Numbered from the stretch's first letter, positions 27,917 to 37,498 are shown. The stretch is 64,000 nt of DNA from an uncultured Ignavibacteriota bacterium (GCA_947085815.1 CAMTXU010000024.1:3506-67505), one strand, 5' to 3'. A program made the numbers and translations. Notes: generated from the sequence alone by a model not told the origin.

Positions 27917-28900
27917 TTGGATATTACAGCACTCAACGAGAAAATTAGAAAAGAGAGCGAGTTTATAGATGTTCTCTTAAACGAGATCGGGAAGACAATT
28001 GTCGGGCAGAAGGCAATGCTTGAGCGTCTTGTTGTTGGTTTGCTTGGCAACGGTCACATCTTGCTTGAAGGCGTACCGGGGTTGGCAAAAACTCTAGCAA
28101 TAAAATCGCTTGCCACATCGATGAAAGCAAAATTCCAGCGCATTCAGTTTACACCGGATCTTCTTCCGGCAGATCTAATCGGTACTTTGATCTATAATCA
28201 GAAAGATGGAAATTTTGCAATTAAAAAAGGACCAATCTTTGCCAACTTCATTCTTGCTGATGAAATTAACCGCGCACCCGCTAAAGTTCAGAGTGCGCTT
28301 CTTGAAGCAATGCAGGAGAGACAGGTAACTATTGGAGAATCTACATTTAAGTTAGATGATCCGTTTCTGGTATTGGCAACACAAAACCCGATTGAACAGG
28401 AAGGAACATATCCTTTACCGGAAGCGCAAGTTGATCGGTTTATGTTAAAGGTTAAGATCACTTATCCAACCCGTGAAGAGGAACAAAAAATTATGAAGAT
28501 GAATTCAACAGGTGATGCACCTTTGATAAATTCTGTAATTTATCCCGAAGACATTCTCAAAGCCCGCAAGCTTGTTCAAGAAATTTATGTTGATGAAAAA
28601 ATTGAAAGATACATTCTTGATATAGTTTTCGCTACACGTAATCCCAAAGATTTCGGATTAGATGAATTAACTGATTTAATTAGTTACGGAGGTTCGCCTC
28701 GCGCTTCAATAAATCTTGCATTGGGTGCACGAGCAATGGCGTTTATACGACGCAGAGGTTACGTAATACCGGAAGATGTCCGTTCAATCTGTGCCGATGT
28801 AATGCGCCATCGTATTGCAGTTACATATGAAGCAGAAGCGGAAGACATTACTTCAGAAATAATTATCTCCAAGATACTTAACAAAATTGAGGTACCATAA
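27917..28900 (+). CDS. moxR: MoxR-family AAA+ ATPase
   Basis: ILLEGVPGLAKT (Walker A), ILADEINRAPAKVQSALLEAMQE (Walker B/sensor), ATQNPIEQEGTYPLPEAQVDRF. TTG start with GTGAGGG 7 nt upstream. Confidence 0.92.
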   Translation: MDITALNEKIRKESEFIDVLLNEIGKTIVGQKAMLERLVVGLLGNGHILLEGVPGLAKTLAIKSLATSMKAKFQRIQFTPDLLPADLIGTLIYNQKDGNFAIKKGPIFANFILADEINRAPAKVQSALLEAMQERQVTIGESTFKLDDPFLVLATQNPIEQEGTYPLPEAQVDRFMLKVKITYPTREEEQKIMKMNSTGDAPLINSVIYPEDILKARKLVQEIYVDEKIERYILDIVFATRNPKDFGLDELTDLISYGGSPRASINLALGARAMAFIRRRGYVIPEDVRSICADVMRHRIAVTYEAEAEDITSEIIISKILNKIEVP

Positions 28901-28909
28901 TTTTTATTT

Positions 28910-28958
28910 CTTGCTCTTGATCTTGCTCTACAAAAAGCAGATTAAGATCATTAGCAAG
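28910..28958 (+). repeat. Imperfect intra-operon hairpin between moxR and the DUF58 gene
   Basis: Left arm CTTGCTCTTGATCTTGCTCT, right arm AGCAGATTAAGATCATTAGCAAG. The right arm contains the AAGCAGATT..GATCAT module also seen at 20345-20366 and 58729-58750. Confidence 0.55.
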
Positions 28959-28980
28959 TGCAAAAAAAAAATGAATTAAT

Positions 28981-29856
28981 ATGCTTACAAAAGAATTACT
29001 CAAACAAGTAAAGCAAATAGAAATTCGCACGCGCGGAGTTGTGAACGATGTATTCTCCGGAGAATATCATTCTGTATTCAAAGGTAGAGGTATGGAATTC
29101 TCTGAAGTGCGGGAATATAATTTTGGAGACGACATTAGGAACATCGATTGGAATGTTACCGCACGTTTCGGTCATCCTTACATAAAAATATTTGAAGAGG
29201 AACGAGAACTTACAGTAATGCTTCTTGTTGATATGAGCGGCTCGCTTCTGTTTGGTTCGGTAGAAAAGACTAAACAGCAAATTGCCGCCGAGTTGAGTGC
29301 TATACTTGCTTTCTCTGCTTTGAAAAATAATGATAAAGTGGGATTGATTTTATTCACCGATAGAATTGAAAAGTTCGTTCCTCCAAGAAAAGGGAAAAGT
29401 CATTCGCTCAGAATAATTAGAGAAGTGCTTTCATTCGAACCGAAGGGAAAAATTACAAATATTCGTCAAGCACTGGAATATTTCAATCACACAATAAAAA
29501 AGAAAGCAATTGTGTTTTTGATCTCCGATTACATTGACGGAGGTTACGATAAAATTTTACGAATCGTTGGAAAGAAACATGATTTAATTGGAATTGTTTT
29601 GCGCGATCCAAGAGAAAAATCTTTGCTCGATGCAGGATTAATAAAATTCCTTGATGCGGAAACAGGCGAGATCCGTTACTTAGATACCGGCGATAAAGCC
29701 GTTCGCAAATCGATTGTTGATGAAAATAAACGATGGATGGAGTACCGCCGGCAGCTTTTTCTTTCGAGCAGGTTAGATTCTATAGATATTTCTACTTCCG
29801 GCTCATATATCAAACCGCTTGTTGATTTCTTTAAGCTGAGGGAAAAAAGATGGTAA
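28981..29856 (+). CDS. DUF58 domain protein (MoxR partner)
   Basis: GEYHSVFKGRGMEFSEVREYNFGDDIRNIDWNVTAR followed by LLVDMSGS is the canonical DUF58 signature. It sits directly after moxR. Confidence 0.85.
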   Translation: MLTKELLKQVKQIEIRTRGVVNDVFSGEYHSVFKGRGMEFSEVREYNFGDDIRNIDWNVTARFGHPYIKIFEEERELTVMLLVDMSGSLLFGSVEKTKQQIAAELSAILAFSALKNNDKVGLILFTDRIEKFVPPRKGKSHSLRIIREVLSFEPKGKITNIRQALEYFNHTIKKKAIVFLISDYIDGGYDKILRIVGKKHDLIGIVLRDPREKSLLDAGLIKFLDAETGEIRYLDTGDKAVRKSIVDENKRWMEYRRQLFLSSRLDSIDISTSGSYIKPLVDFFKLREKRW

Positions 29857-30800
29857 ACATTTTACGGTTAACTCTTATTTGGATCCTATTTTCTTCCGCC
29901 TTTGTGACGGCTCAGAGCATATCGGTAAGTGCCACTACAGATACAACTATTTATAAGGTCGGTGATTTCATTAAATATCAAATTGAAATTACACATGATA
30001 AGGGATTAACAACATTTTTACCTGCAGTAAAAGACAGCATAAAAACACTCGAGTATATTCAAACTTTACCGGCGGAGAAAAAAGAAGTTGGTAATAAAAT
30101 TATTGAACGGTACAATTTTATTTTTTCAAAATACGATTCAGCTCAAGTAACAATTCCTTCGGTATTAATTGAGTATGTGGATGTGGGCGGCTCAACTCGT
30201 AAATCCATCAGAACAAATCCGATTACAATAACTGTTAGAACAATTCCTGTTAATGTTCAAGAAGACATTAGGGATGTGAAAGAACCACTGAAACTTCCAT
30301 TAAACTGGTTTCTGATTGGATTGATTGTTATAGGAATTTTTGTATTACTGGTTGCTGCTTATTTTCTGTACCGATATTACAAAAAGAAAAATGCGTTGAA
30401 GGAGAATATTATCCCCGAGGTTAAAATTCCACCTCACGAAATTGCACTGGCAAAGCTTTCGGAACTTGAACATAAAAAACTGTGGCAGAATGGATTTGTG
30501 AAAGACTATCATAGCGAAGTTACTGAGATTGTGCGCCAATATTTTGAGGATAGATTCAATTTCCGCGCACTTGAAATGACATCTGCAGAAATCTTAGCCG
30601 TTCTCAGTTACATGGAGGAAGGAAAGAAGGTGGTTGAAATATCTGATAGTTTTTTTAGCAACGCAGATCTTGTAAAGTTTGCAAAGTTTGAACCGATGCC
30701 TAAAGTGAATGAAGAGATGATGAAACAGGGTTATGATATTGTCAATCAAACTATTCTCGTACCGCAACCTCAGATTGTGAGTGAGGAGAAAAATGTTTAG
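29850..30800 (+). CDS. Single-pass membrane protein: BatD-like N-terminal beta-rich domain + DUF4381-like C-terminal half
   Basis: Signal peptide; TM helix WFLIGLIVIGIFVLLVAAYFLY followed by RYYKKK and PPHEIALAKLSEL. Its position between DUF58 and BatA matches DUF4381 genes of Bat operons. Confidence 0.6.
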   Translation: MVNILRLTLIWILFSSAFVTAQSISVSATTDTTIYKVGDFIKYQIEITHDKGLTTFLPAVKDSIKTLEYIQTLPAEKKEVGNKIIERYNFIFSKYDSAQVTIPSVLIEYVDVGGSTRKSIRTNPITITVRTIPVNVQEDIRDVKEPLKLPLNWFLIGLIVIGIFVLLVAAYFLYRYYKKKNALKENIIPEVKIPPHEIALAKLSELEHKKLWQNGFVKDYHSEVTEIVRQYFEDRFNFRALEMTSAEILAVLSYMEEGKKVVEISDSFFSNADLVKFAKFEPMPKVNEEMMKQGYDIVNQTILVPQPQIVSEEKNV

Positions 30801-31788
30801 TAATATAACATTTGCTTATCCATTTGTATTATTATTGCTTTTGCTTGTTCCCGCGCTCGCATACTGGTATTGGAAAAAACGCGATGCTATTTCTCCCAGT
30901 TTTGCTTTTTCATCATTGCAAATTTTTGGTAGAATTCCAAAAACTTTAAAAGAAAAACTCGCGCATCTTCCCGCTTGGTTAAAAATTACAGCACTCGCTT
31001 TTTTTATTGTAGCAGCAGCACGTCCTCAAACTTTTTCGAGCGGGGAGAATTTTTACGCTGAAGGAATTGATATTGCAATGGTGCTCGATATTTCGGGAAG
31101 TATGTTAGCAGAAGATTTTAAGCCAAACCGTGTTGACGCCGCAAAAAAAGTAATTGATGAGTTTATTGCAGGAAGAACAAACGATAAAATTGGTCTTGTA
31201 GTTTTTTCCGGGGAAAGTTTTACGCAATGTCCGTTAACAATCGATTACTCAGTACTGCGTAATCTTCTTAAAGAGATTCGTACAGGAATGATTGAGGATG
31301 GAACCGCGATAGGCAACGCAATTGCAAATGGCGTAAATAGACTTAAGGACAGCAAAGCAAAAAGTAAAGTAATGATATTGCTAACTGACGGTGTAAACAA
31401 TCGCGGTGAAATTGATCCTTTGACAGCAGCGCAAATAGCTCAAAAATTTGGGATAAGAATTTACACAGTTGGCGTTGGAACAATTGGTGAAGCTCCATAT
31501 CCATTTCAAACTCCTTTTGGAATCCGTTATCAAATGGTGCCGGTGGAGATAGATGAAAATATACTTAAACAAATATCCGGAATAACCGGCGGGAAATATT
31601 TCAGGGCTACTGATAACAGAAAGCTGGTTCAGATTTATGAAGAAATTGACCGTTTAGAAAAAACACGTGTTGAGGTTACTTCATATAGAAATGCCAAAGA
31701 ACTATTTTACAATTGGGCGTTCATAGGATTGTTTCTTTTACTCATAGACCTCGGATTATCGAGGACATACTTGAGGAAACTACCTTAA
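30793..31788 (+). CDS. batA: BatA-type membrane-anchored vWA (von Willebrand factor A) protein
   Basis: N-terminal TM, MIDAS motif VLDISGSM, LLTDGVNN, C-terminal TM. RBS GAGGAG precedes the ATG at 30793. Confidence 0.85.
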   Translation: MFSNITFAYPFVLLLLLLVPALAYWYWKKRDAISPSFAFSSLQIFGRIPKTLKEKLAHLPAWLKITALAFFIVAAARPQTFSSGENFYAEGIDIAMVLDISGSMLAEDFKPNRVDAAKKVIDEFIAGRTNDKIGLVVFSGESFTQCPLTIDYSVLRNLLKEIRTGMIEDGTAIGNAIANGVNRLKDSKAKSKVMILLTDGVNNRGEIDPLTAAQIAQKFGIRIYTVGVGTIGEAPYPFQTPFGIRYQMVPVEIDENILKQISGITGGKYFRATDNRKLVQIYEEIDRLEKTRVEVTSYRNAKELFYNWAFIGLFLLLIDLGLSRTYLRKLP

Positions 31789-31874
31789 AAGAATTTAGAA
31801 TTGAGAATGGATAATTGAGAATTGCATCTATAAAAATAATCAAAGAAAATTGTTAATTAATAAATGAAAATAAA

Positions 31875-32918
31875 TTGATACGTTTTGCAAATAGTGAATA
31901 TCTTTACCTGCTCTGGCTGATACCGGTATTAGTTGCGCTCTATTGGTTTACAATGCAGAAGCAGAATAAAATTCTTCAAAAATTTGCAGGTGTTAAAATG
32001 CACGATGTGTTGTTTCCATTGAGAAGCAGACTGAAAGCATCGGTGAAATTCGGAATTACGCTCTTCGCGATTGTTTTAATAATAATCGCTCTTGCCAACC
32101 CACAAGTCGGGACAAAAATTGAGGATATGAAACAGATAGGAATTGAAGTTTACATATTACTCGATGTTTCCAAAAGCATGGGCGCGGAGGATATAAAACC
32201 GAGCCGTTTGGAAAAAGCAAAATTTGAAATCGCAAAACTAATTCAAAAATTACAGGGCGATAAAATTGGTTTAATTGTATTCGCGGGGCAAGCGTTCATT
32301 CAATTTCCATTAACGTCGGATTACTCTGCGGCAAATTTATTCTTAAATGCAGTTGATTTTAATTCTGTGCCTCAGCCCGGAACTGCAATTGGACCTGCCA
32401 TAGATCTTGCGCTTAAATCGTTTCGCTATGATGATGGAACTAAGAAGGCTATTGTAGTAATTACAGACGGTGAAGATCATGAAGGAAGCATCGAATCGGC
32501 ACTCGACGAAGCCAAATCCAAAGAGGTTTCAATTTATTCAATCGGGTTCGGTTCGCCGGCTGGTGTTCCTATCCCGGTTTACGATGAATCCGGTGTTCAG
32601 CGCGGTTACAAGAAAGATAACGAAGGCAATATTGTTCTGACGAAACTTGACGAAAATATTTTGAAGACAATTTCGGAAAAAACCGACGGGAAATATTATA
32701 GAGGAACTAACACTGAGGATGAGCTTGAATCGATTTACAATGATCTGGCTAAAATCCAGCAGTCCGAATTCGGTTCCAAAAGAATCACCGAATACGAGGA
32801 TAGATTTTACTATTTCTTATTTCCTGCAATTTTCATATTAATTGGTGAATTTTTTATTTCATCAAATAAATCAATATGGCTCGCTAGATTCGAGAAGTTA
32901 CGCGAGGTGAAAAAATGA
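31875..32918 (+). CDS. batB: BatB-type membrane-anchored vWA protein
   Basis: N-terminal TMs, MIDAS LLDVSKSM, VITDGEDHEG, C-terminal TM. Paralog of the preceding gene. TTG start is uncertain. Confidence 0.85.
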   Translation: MIRFANSEYLYLLWLIPVLVALYWFTMQKQNKILQKFAGVKMHDVLFPLRSRLKASVKFGITLFAIVLIIIALANPQVGTKIEDMKQIGIEVYILLDVSKSMGAEDIKPSRLEKAKFEIAKLIQKLQGDKIGLIVFAGQAFIQFPLTSDYSAANLFLNAVDFNSVPQPGTAIGPAIDLALKSFRYDDGTKKAIVVITDGEDHEGSIESALDEAKSKEVSIYSIGFGSPAGVPIPVYDESGVQRGYKKDNEGNIVLTKLDENILKTISEKTDGKYYRGTNTEDELESIYNDLAKIQQSEFGSKRITEYEDRFYYFLFPAIFILIGEFFISSNKSIWLARFEKLREVKK

Positions 32919-33604
32919 TGAAGAGAAGTATATTCATTTTGGGAGTTTTGTTAATTTTTACAAATACTTTTGCTCAGAGTAAGAGAGAATTAAATAATGA
33001 TGGTGTAGATCTTTACAAAACTAAAAAATTTGCCGATGCCGAGGTGAAATTCAAAAAAGGATTGGAAAAAGACCCGGAAATGTTTCAAGGACATTTTAAT
33101 CTTGGCGATGCATATTACAAACAGGGTCGTTTTGATGAGGCGATTCAATCATACAAAAATTCTTTGCAGTTTACCGAAGATAAAGAGAACTATTCCAAAG
33201 TTTATCATAACATCGGAAATTCTTTGTTGAAGCAGCAGAAATATCAAGAGAGTATTGGCGCTTATAAAAACTCGTTAAAACAAAACCCGGATGATCTTGA
33301 AACCAAATACAATCTTTCTTATGCTTTGAATATGATGAAACAAGATCAGCAAAAAAACAAGAATGATAAAAACAAAGACAAGAATAAAGATCAGCAGAAG
33401 GATCAGCAACAGCAGAATCAAGATCAGAAAGATCAAAATAAAGACAAACAGCAAAATCAGCAGCAGCAACAACAGCAGAAAAATCAAATATCAAAAGAGG
33501 AAGCCCAGCGGATTTTAGAGGCTCTGAAAAACAATGAAACAAATACCCAGAAGAAATTGCGCAAGGTGAAGGGTAAACCGGTTACAACAGATAAAGATTG
33601 GTGA
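32915..33604 (+). CDS. batC: BatC-type TPR protein with Q/K/D/N-rich tail
   Basis: Signal peptide, three TPR-like repeats (GDAYYKQGRFDEAIQSYKNSL etc.), then a long low-complexity tail. Its position matches BatC. Confidence 0.7.
   Translation: MMKRSIFILGVLLIFTNTFAQSKRELNNDGVDLYKTKKFADAEVKFKKGLEKDPEMFQGHFNLGDAYYKQGRFDEAIQSYKNSLQFTEDKENYSKVYHNIGNSLLKQQKYQESIGAYKNSLKQNPDDLETKYNLSYALNMMKQDQQKNKNDKNKDKNKDQQKDQQQQNQDQKDQNKDKQQNQQQQQQQKNQISKEEAQRILEALKNNETNTQKKLRKVKGKPVTTDKDW
33335..33490 (+). repeat. Low-complexity coding tract (CAG/CAA/AAA/GAT-rich) encoding the QKDN-rich BatC segment
   Basis: Encodes KQDQQKNKNDKNKDKNKDQQKDQQQQNQDQKDQNKDKQQNQQQQQQQKNQ, including a CAGCAGCAGCAACAACAGCAG run. Confidence 0.85.
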
Positions 33605-33667
33605 TTCTTTAGTATTCAGTCATCAATTATTTGTAATCAGTAACTAGAATCAAGTATCGAGAATGAG

Positions 33668-35509
33668 ATGTTAAAAAGTAAATCAAAAATTATTTTAATA
33701 CCGGCAATAGTTATTCTGTTAACGGTGCTTGCACAATCAGCTGGCGCACAACAGTTCGGAGCTTCCGTTGATAAAACTACCGTAGGAGAGTATGAGCGAT
33801 TTCAAATCTATTTTACATTTGAAGGGGGAGATGTAAACGGATTGAGTAATTTACGTCCTCCAGCATTTACCGGATTTAGAGTTTTGAGCGGACCCAATCA
33901 ATCGAGTAGTATGCAATTTATTAACGGAAAAGTTTCAGGGTCGATGATATTCTCTTATATCTTACAACCGGCATCAATTGGTGAATTTACAATTGGCTCC
34001 GCGTCGGTGGATCTTGGAGGAAAAACTTATAATACTCAGCCGATTAAAGTTCGGGTTGAGAAGGGAACGCCTCAGCAGCAAAAAGAAAGTTCCGGAGGAT
34101 ACTCGCAAGAGGAACTTGGCAAAAATGTTTTCATTATTGCGGAAGCAAATAAAACCAGAGCGCTTCTGGGAGAACAGATAACCGTTACATATAAACTCTA
34201 TACTAAATTGAATATTGCGTCGCCCCAAATTTCCAGACTTCCTTCATATGAAGGATTCTGGGCGGAAGAAGTCGGCCCGATTCAAAATATTAATTTTGAG
34301 ATCGCAATGCATAACGGCGAACGTTTCCGAGTTGCTAAGATTAAACAGGTTGCTCTCTTTGCATCCAAAACGGGCACACTCTCTGTAACTCCCTTTGAAT
34401 TGAATGTTCCCGTGATTGTTAAAAAGAAAAAGTCCGGCAACGATATCTTTGATGAATTTTTCAACGATTCATTTTTTGGAAAGACAGAAACGGTCGAATT
34501 TCCCGCACGGTCTAATACAATTAAAGTTACTGTGGATCCTCTTCCCGCAAACGCTCCCTCCTCATTTAACGGAGCTGTCGGCGATTTTAATTTCAAAGCT
34601 GAGGTTGATCGAAAAGATGTTGTTACTAATGAGAGTCTGACTCTCCGGTTAACTATCGGCGGCAATGGTAATTTGAAACTCTTAAAAATCCCCGAACCGC
34701 AATTGCCAACAGGTTTTGAAAAGTATGAACCTAAAACCGTGGAGAACATCAACCGCGGAGCTGTAATCTCTGGACAAAAAATTGTAGACTATCTGATCGT
34801 ACCCCGCAACTCTGGCGAAAAAGAAATTCCACCGATTGAATTTACTTATTTCAATCCATCTGCGCGAAGATATGTTACCGTTAAATCCCCGGCGTTTAAT
34901 ATTAAAGTTAGACAGGGTATTGCGGGTAATGAAACCGCGTCTCAAGGATTTGTTAGAGAGGATATAAAACTGCTAAGTGAGGATATTCGATTTATCAAGA
35001 CCTCTGATTTTAATTTTGAACCGCGGCAGGAGATTGAACTTATTAAACCCTGGTTCTGGATTTCGATGATACTTCCTCTCTTCAGTTTAATTGGCGCAGT
35101 TGTTTTTAAGAGAAGGCATGATAAACTTTCCGGTAATGTTCAGTTGATGCGTTATCAAAAAGCAGAGAAAGCAGCACGTAAGAGATTGAAGTTGGCCAAA
35201 GTGGCACTCGATAAAAATGATACTCCAAATTTCTATTCCGAATTATCTTTAGCTCTATTCGGTTATCTCGAAGATAAACTTGGAATTCAGAAATCCGAGT
35301 TTACACTCGATGGTGCTGTTGAAAAACTTTCGAATAGAAATGTTGATTCAACTTTGATCGACCGTGTAAAACGGATTGCCGAAAAATGCGAGTATGCCCG
35401 TTTTGCCCCGGAAGGTGAATCATCAGCAGTCGCACCTGATTTTTATGATGAAGCTGTGAAAGTTATTGTTGAAGTTGATTCTTCAGTTGATGCCAGGAGG
35501 AAACGATGA
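33668..35509 (+). CDS. batD: BatD-type (oxygen-tolerance family) large membrane-anchored protein
   Basis: 613 aa: signal peptide, long beta-rich extracytoplasmic region, one TM near residue 470 (WFWISMILPLFSLIGAVVF), helical C-terminus. Order and architecture match BatD. Confidence 0.75.
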   Translation: MLKSKSKIILIPAIVILLTVLAQSAGAQQFGASVDKTTVGEYERFQIYFTFEGGDVNGLSNLRPPAFTGFRVLSGPNQSSSMQFINGKVSGSMIFSYILQPASIGEFTIGSASVDLGGKTYNTQPIKVRVEKGTPQQQKESSGGYSQEELGKNVFIIAEANKTRALLGEQITVTYKLYTKLNIASPQISRLPSYEGFWAEEVGPIQNINFEIAMHNGERFRVAKIKQVALFASKTGTLSVTPFELNVPVIVKKKKSGNDIFDEFFNDSFFGKTETVEFPARSNTIKVTVDPLPANAPSSFNGAVGDFNFKAEVDRKDVVTNESLTLRLTIGGNGNLKLLKIPEPQLPTGFEKYEPKTVENINRGAVISGQKIVDYLIVPRNSGEKEIPPIEFTYFNPSARRYVTVKSPAFNIKVRQGIAGNETASQGFVREDIKLLSEDIRFIKTSDFNFEPRQEIELIKPWFWISMILPLFSLIGAVVFKRRHDKLSGNVQLMRYQKAEKAARKRLKLAKVALDKNDTPNFYSELSLALFGYLEDKLGIQKSEFTLDGAVEKLSNRNVDSTLIDRVKRIAEKCEYARFAPEGESSAVAPDFYDEAVKVIVEVDSSVDARRKR

Positions 35510-35525
35510 AATTAATTCTGAGGAA

Positions 35526-35621
35526 CCCCGCTTACAGCGGGATTAACTCCGTGACGAAGAATCTCCAACAATCAAATGCATCGAGATTCTTCATACCGGT
35601 TTCATCAAGATTCAGAATGAC
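35526..35621 (+). repeat. Family-B palindromic repeat inserted between batD and batE
   Basis: CCCGCTTACAGCGGG hairpin, then GTGACGAAGAATC .. GATTCTTCA .. GATTCAGAATGAC. It creates the spurious 37-aa N-terminal extension of the 35506 ORF. Confidence 0.7.
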
Positions 35622-36360
35622 AATTTTAGTTGTTCTATTTATGACTACAAATTTGTTAGCACAATCTCCGGATGAATTAATGAAGACTGGTAACAAATAT
35701 TATCAGAAGGGAAATTATGAGCTAGCGATTGAGTCATATCAAAAAATATTAGGACAAGGATTTGAAAGCGGCGCGACATATTATAATCTCGGTAACACAT
35801 ATTTCAAAACAGGTAAACTTGGTTATGCAATCTACAGCTACGAAAAAGGATTGAAGATAGAACCTAACGATGAGGACTTAGCTTACAATCTCAAAATTGC
35901 TAATTCTAGAACGGTGGATAAAATTTCACAATTGCCAAAATTGTTCATCGTTTCCTGGTGGGAAGAACTGGTGACATCATTAAATATTACGGGCTGGTCG
36001 TTTGTCGTTATGATTATTTTTTGGATATTATTAGGAAGCATTTCTATTTATTTGTTCTCTCGCCGCGCGAAGCTGCAGAGATTATCATTCCTGACCGGTT
36101 CAATTTCTCTTTCGATGCTCATTGTTGCGGCAGTCATATTTTTTGCACGTGTTAATAGAGAAGCCGCAACCGACTATGGAATTTTGTTGGAGCCAACATA
36201 TTCAGTTAAAGTTTCGCCGGATATAAAAAGCAACGATGCGTTTGTAATTCATGAAGGAATAAAATTCGCGCTTGAGGACCATGTTAATAACTGGTCTAAG
36301 ATTCGTTTGATAGATGGTAAAGTTGGCTGGGTTCAGAAAAATGTATTTGGGCAGATCTAA
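35617..36360 (+). CDS. batE: BatE-type TPR + SH3-like protein
   Basis: Signal-like MTILVVLFMTTNLLAQ, TPR repeats (GNKYYQKGNYELAIESYQK; GNTYFKTGKLGYAIYSYEKGL), TM segments, C-terminal SH3-like WSKIRLIDGKVGWVQ. Confidence 0.7.
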   Translation: MTILVVLFMTTNLLAQSPDELMKTGNKYYQKGNYELAIESYQKILGQGFESGATYYNLGNTYFKTGKLGYAIYSYEKGLKIEPNDEDLAYNLKIANSRTVDKISQLPKLFIVSWWEELVTSLNITGWSFVVMIIFWILLGSISIYLFSRRAKLQRLSFLTGSISLSMLIVAAVIFFARVNREAATDYGILLEPTYSVKVSPDIKSNDAFVIHEGIKFALEDHVNNWSKIRLIDGKVGWVQKNVFGQI

Positions 36361-37498
36361 TTTGGATAATACTCAAGCAAAAAAATACAGCAATACAAAA
36401 CTCGTTTTAGGAATATCCGAAGCAGTCGCCTCATTCACTCTTCTATTACTATTTGTATGGCTTGGATTTAGTGCACGTCTCGAAAATTATTTACGCATAT
36501 CACTATCGAATGATTATTTAATACTGCTTATATATGTACTTGTATTAGGATTTATTTCTGCAATTATTTTTGCCCCGCTAAATTATTATGCCGGTTTTTA
36601 TCTTGAGCACAAATACAATCTCTCAAACCAGACATTTTGGAAATGGGTCTGGGAAGGAACAAAAGGAACATTAGTTGGGGCTGTAATAGGATTGCCGTTG
36701 CTTCTACTTTTTTATTATGTGCTGAGAATTTTTGGTTTAATGTGGTGGCTTCCATTTGCAGTATTGATGTTTATTTTCTCGGTGGTGCTTGCTCAAATTT
36801 TACCGGTTATAATTCTGCCAATCTTCTATAAAATTACTCCTATTGAGAATGAAGGATTGAAAAAAAGAATTGTTGGATTGAGCAAAGATGCCGGTTTGAA
36901 AGTTGAGAATGTTTTCAAATTCAACATGAGTAAAAACACTAAAAAAGCAAACGCGGCATTTACAGGTCTCGGCAAAACTAAACGAATTCTCCTTGGCGAT
37001 ACACTTTTAGATAATTATTCAGATGACGAGATTGAAACGGTCATAGCTCACGAACTTGGACATTATAAGAAGCGGCACATAATTAAAAACATTGCTATAG
37101 GAACAATTTCAAGTTTTGCAACTTTTTTTCTAATTGCCATATTGCATAGATTATCATTGAGCTGGTTTGGCTTTACGAGTATAACTCAAATTTCTTCACT
37201 GCCTATTCTTGCTCTCTGGGGAGCTTTAATTGGGATGATTCAAACACCAATTTCAAATTTTATTTCTAGAAAATTTGAATATGAGGCAGATGAATATGCC
37301 ATAGCCTCGACGAATAAAACCGAAGCCTTTATAAGTACTTTAAATAAATTAACCGATCAGAATTTGAGCGACCGTGAACCTCATCCTCTGATAGAGTGGA
37401 TGTTCTACAGCCATCCCTCAATCAAAAATAGAATCGCTTCTTTGCAATCAAGGGTATCTCTACGAGCTTCTCACGAAGTGATGTCCGAAGGCACATAG
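36341..37498 (+). CDS. M48-family (Ste24/HtpX-type) integral-membrane zinc metalloprotease
   Basis: Multi-TM N-terminal region, HELGHYKKRH zinc motif, downstream EYEADEYA. Start ATG 36341 overlaps the batE 3' end by 20 nt. The last residues and TAG stop lie in a repeat module. Confidence 0.85.
   Translation: MYLGRSNLDNTQAKKYSNTKLVLGISEAVASFTLLLLFVWLGFSARLENYLRISLSNDYLILLIYVLVLGFISAIIFAPLNYYAGFYLEHKYNLSNQTFWKWVWEGTKGTLVGAVIGLPLLLLFYYVLRIFGLMWWLPFAVLMFIFSVVLAQILPVIILPIFYKITPIENEGLKKRIVGLSKDAGLKVENVFKFNMSKNTKKANAAFTGLGKTKRILLGDTLLDNYSDDEIETVIAHELGHYKKRHIIKNIAIGTISSFATFFLIAILHRLSLSWFGFTSITQISSLPILALWGALIGMIQTPISNFISRKFEYEADEYAIASTNKTEAFISTLNKLTDQNLSDREPHPLIEWMFYSHPSIKNRIASLQSRVSLRASHEVMSEGT

Noticed and set aside
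35506-35616. N-terminal 37 aa of the 35506-36360 ORF (MKLILRNPAYSGINSVTKNL..SSRFR).
   Set aside because: This stretch is encoded by the family-B repeat between batD and batE. A signal-peptide-like start (MTILVVLFMTTNLLAQ) begins at the ATG at 35617.
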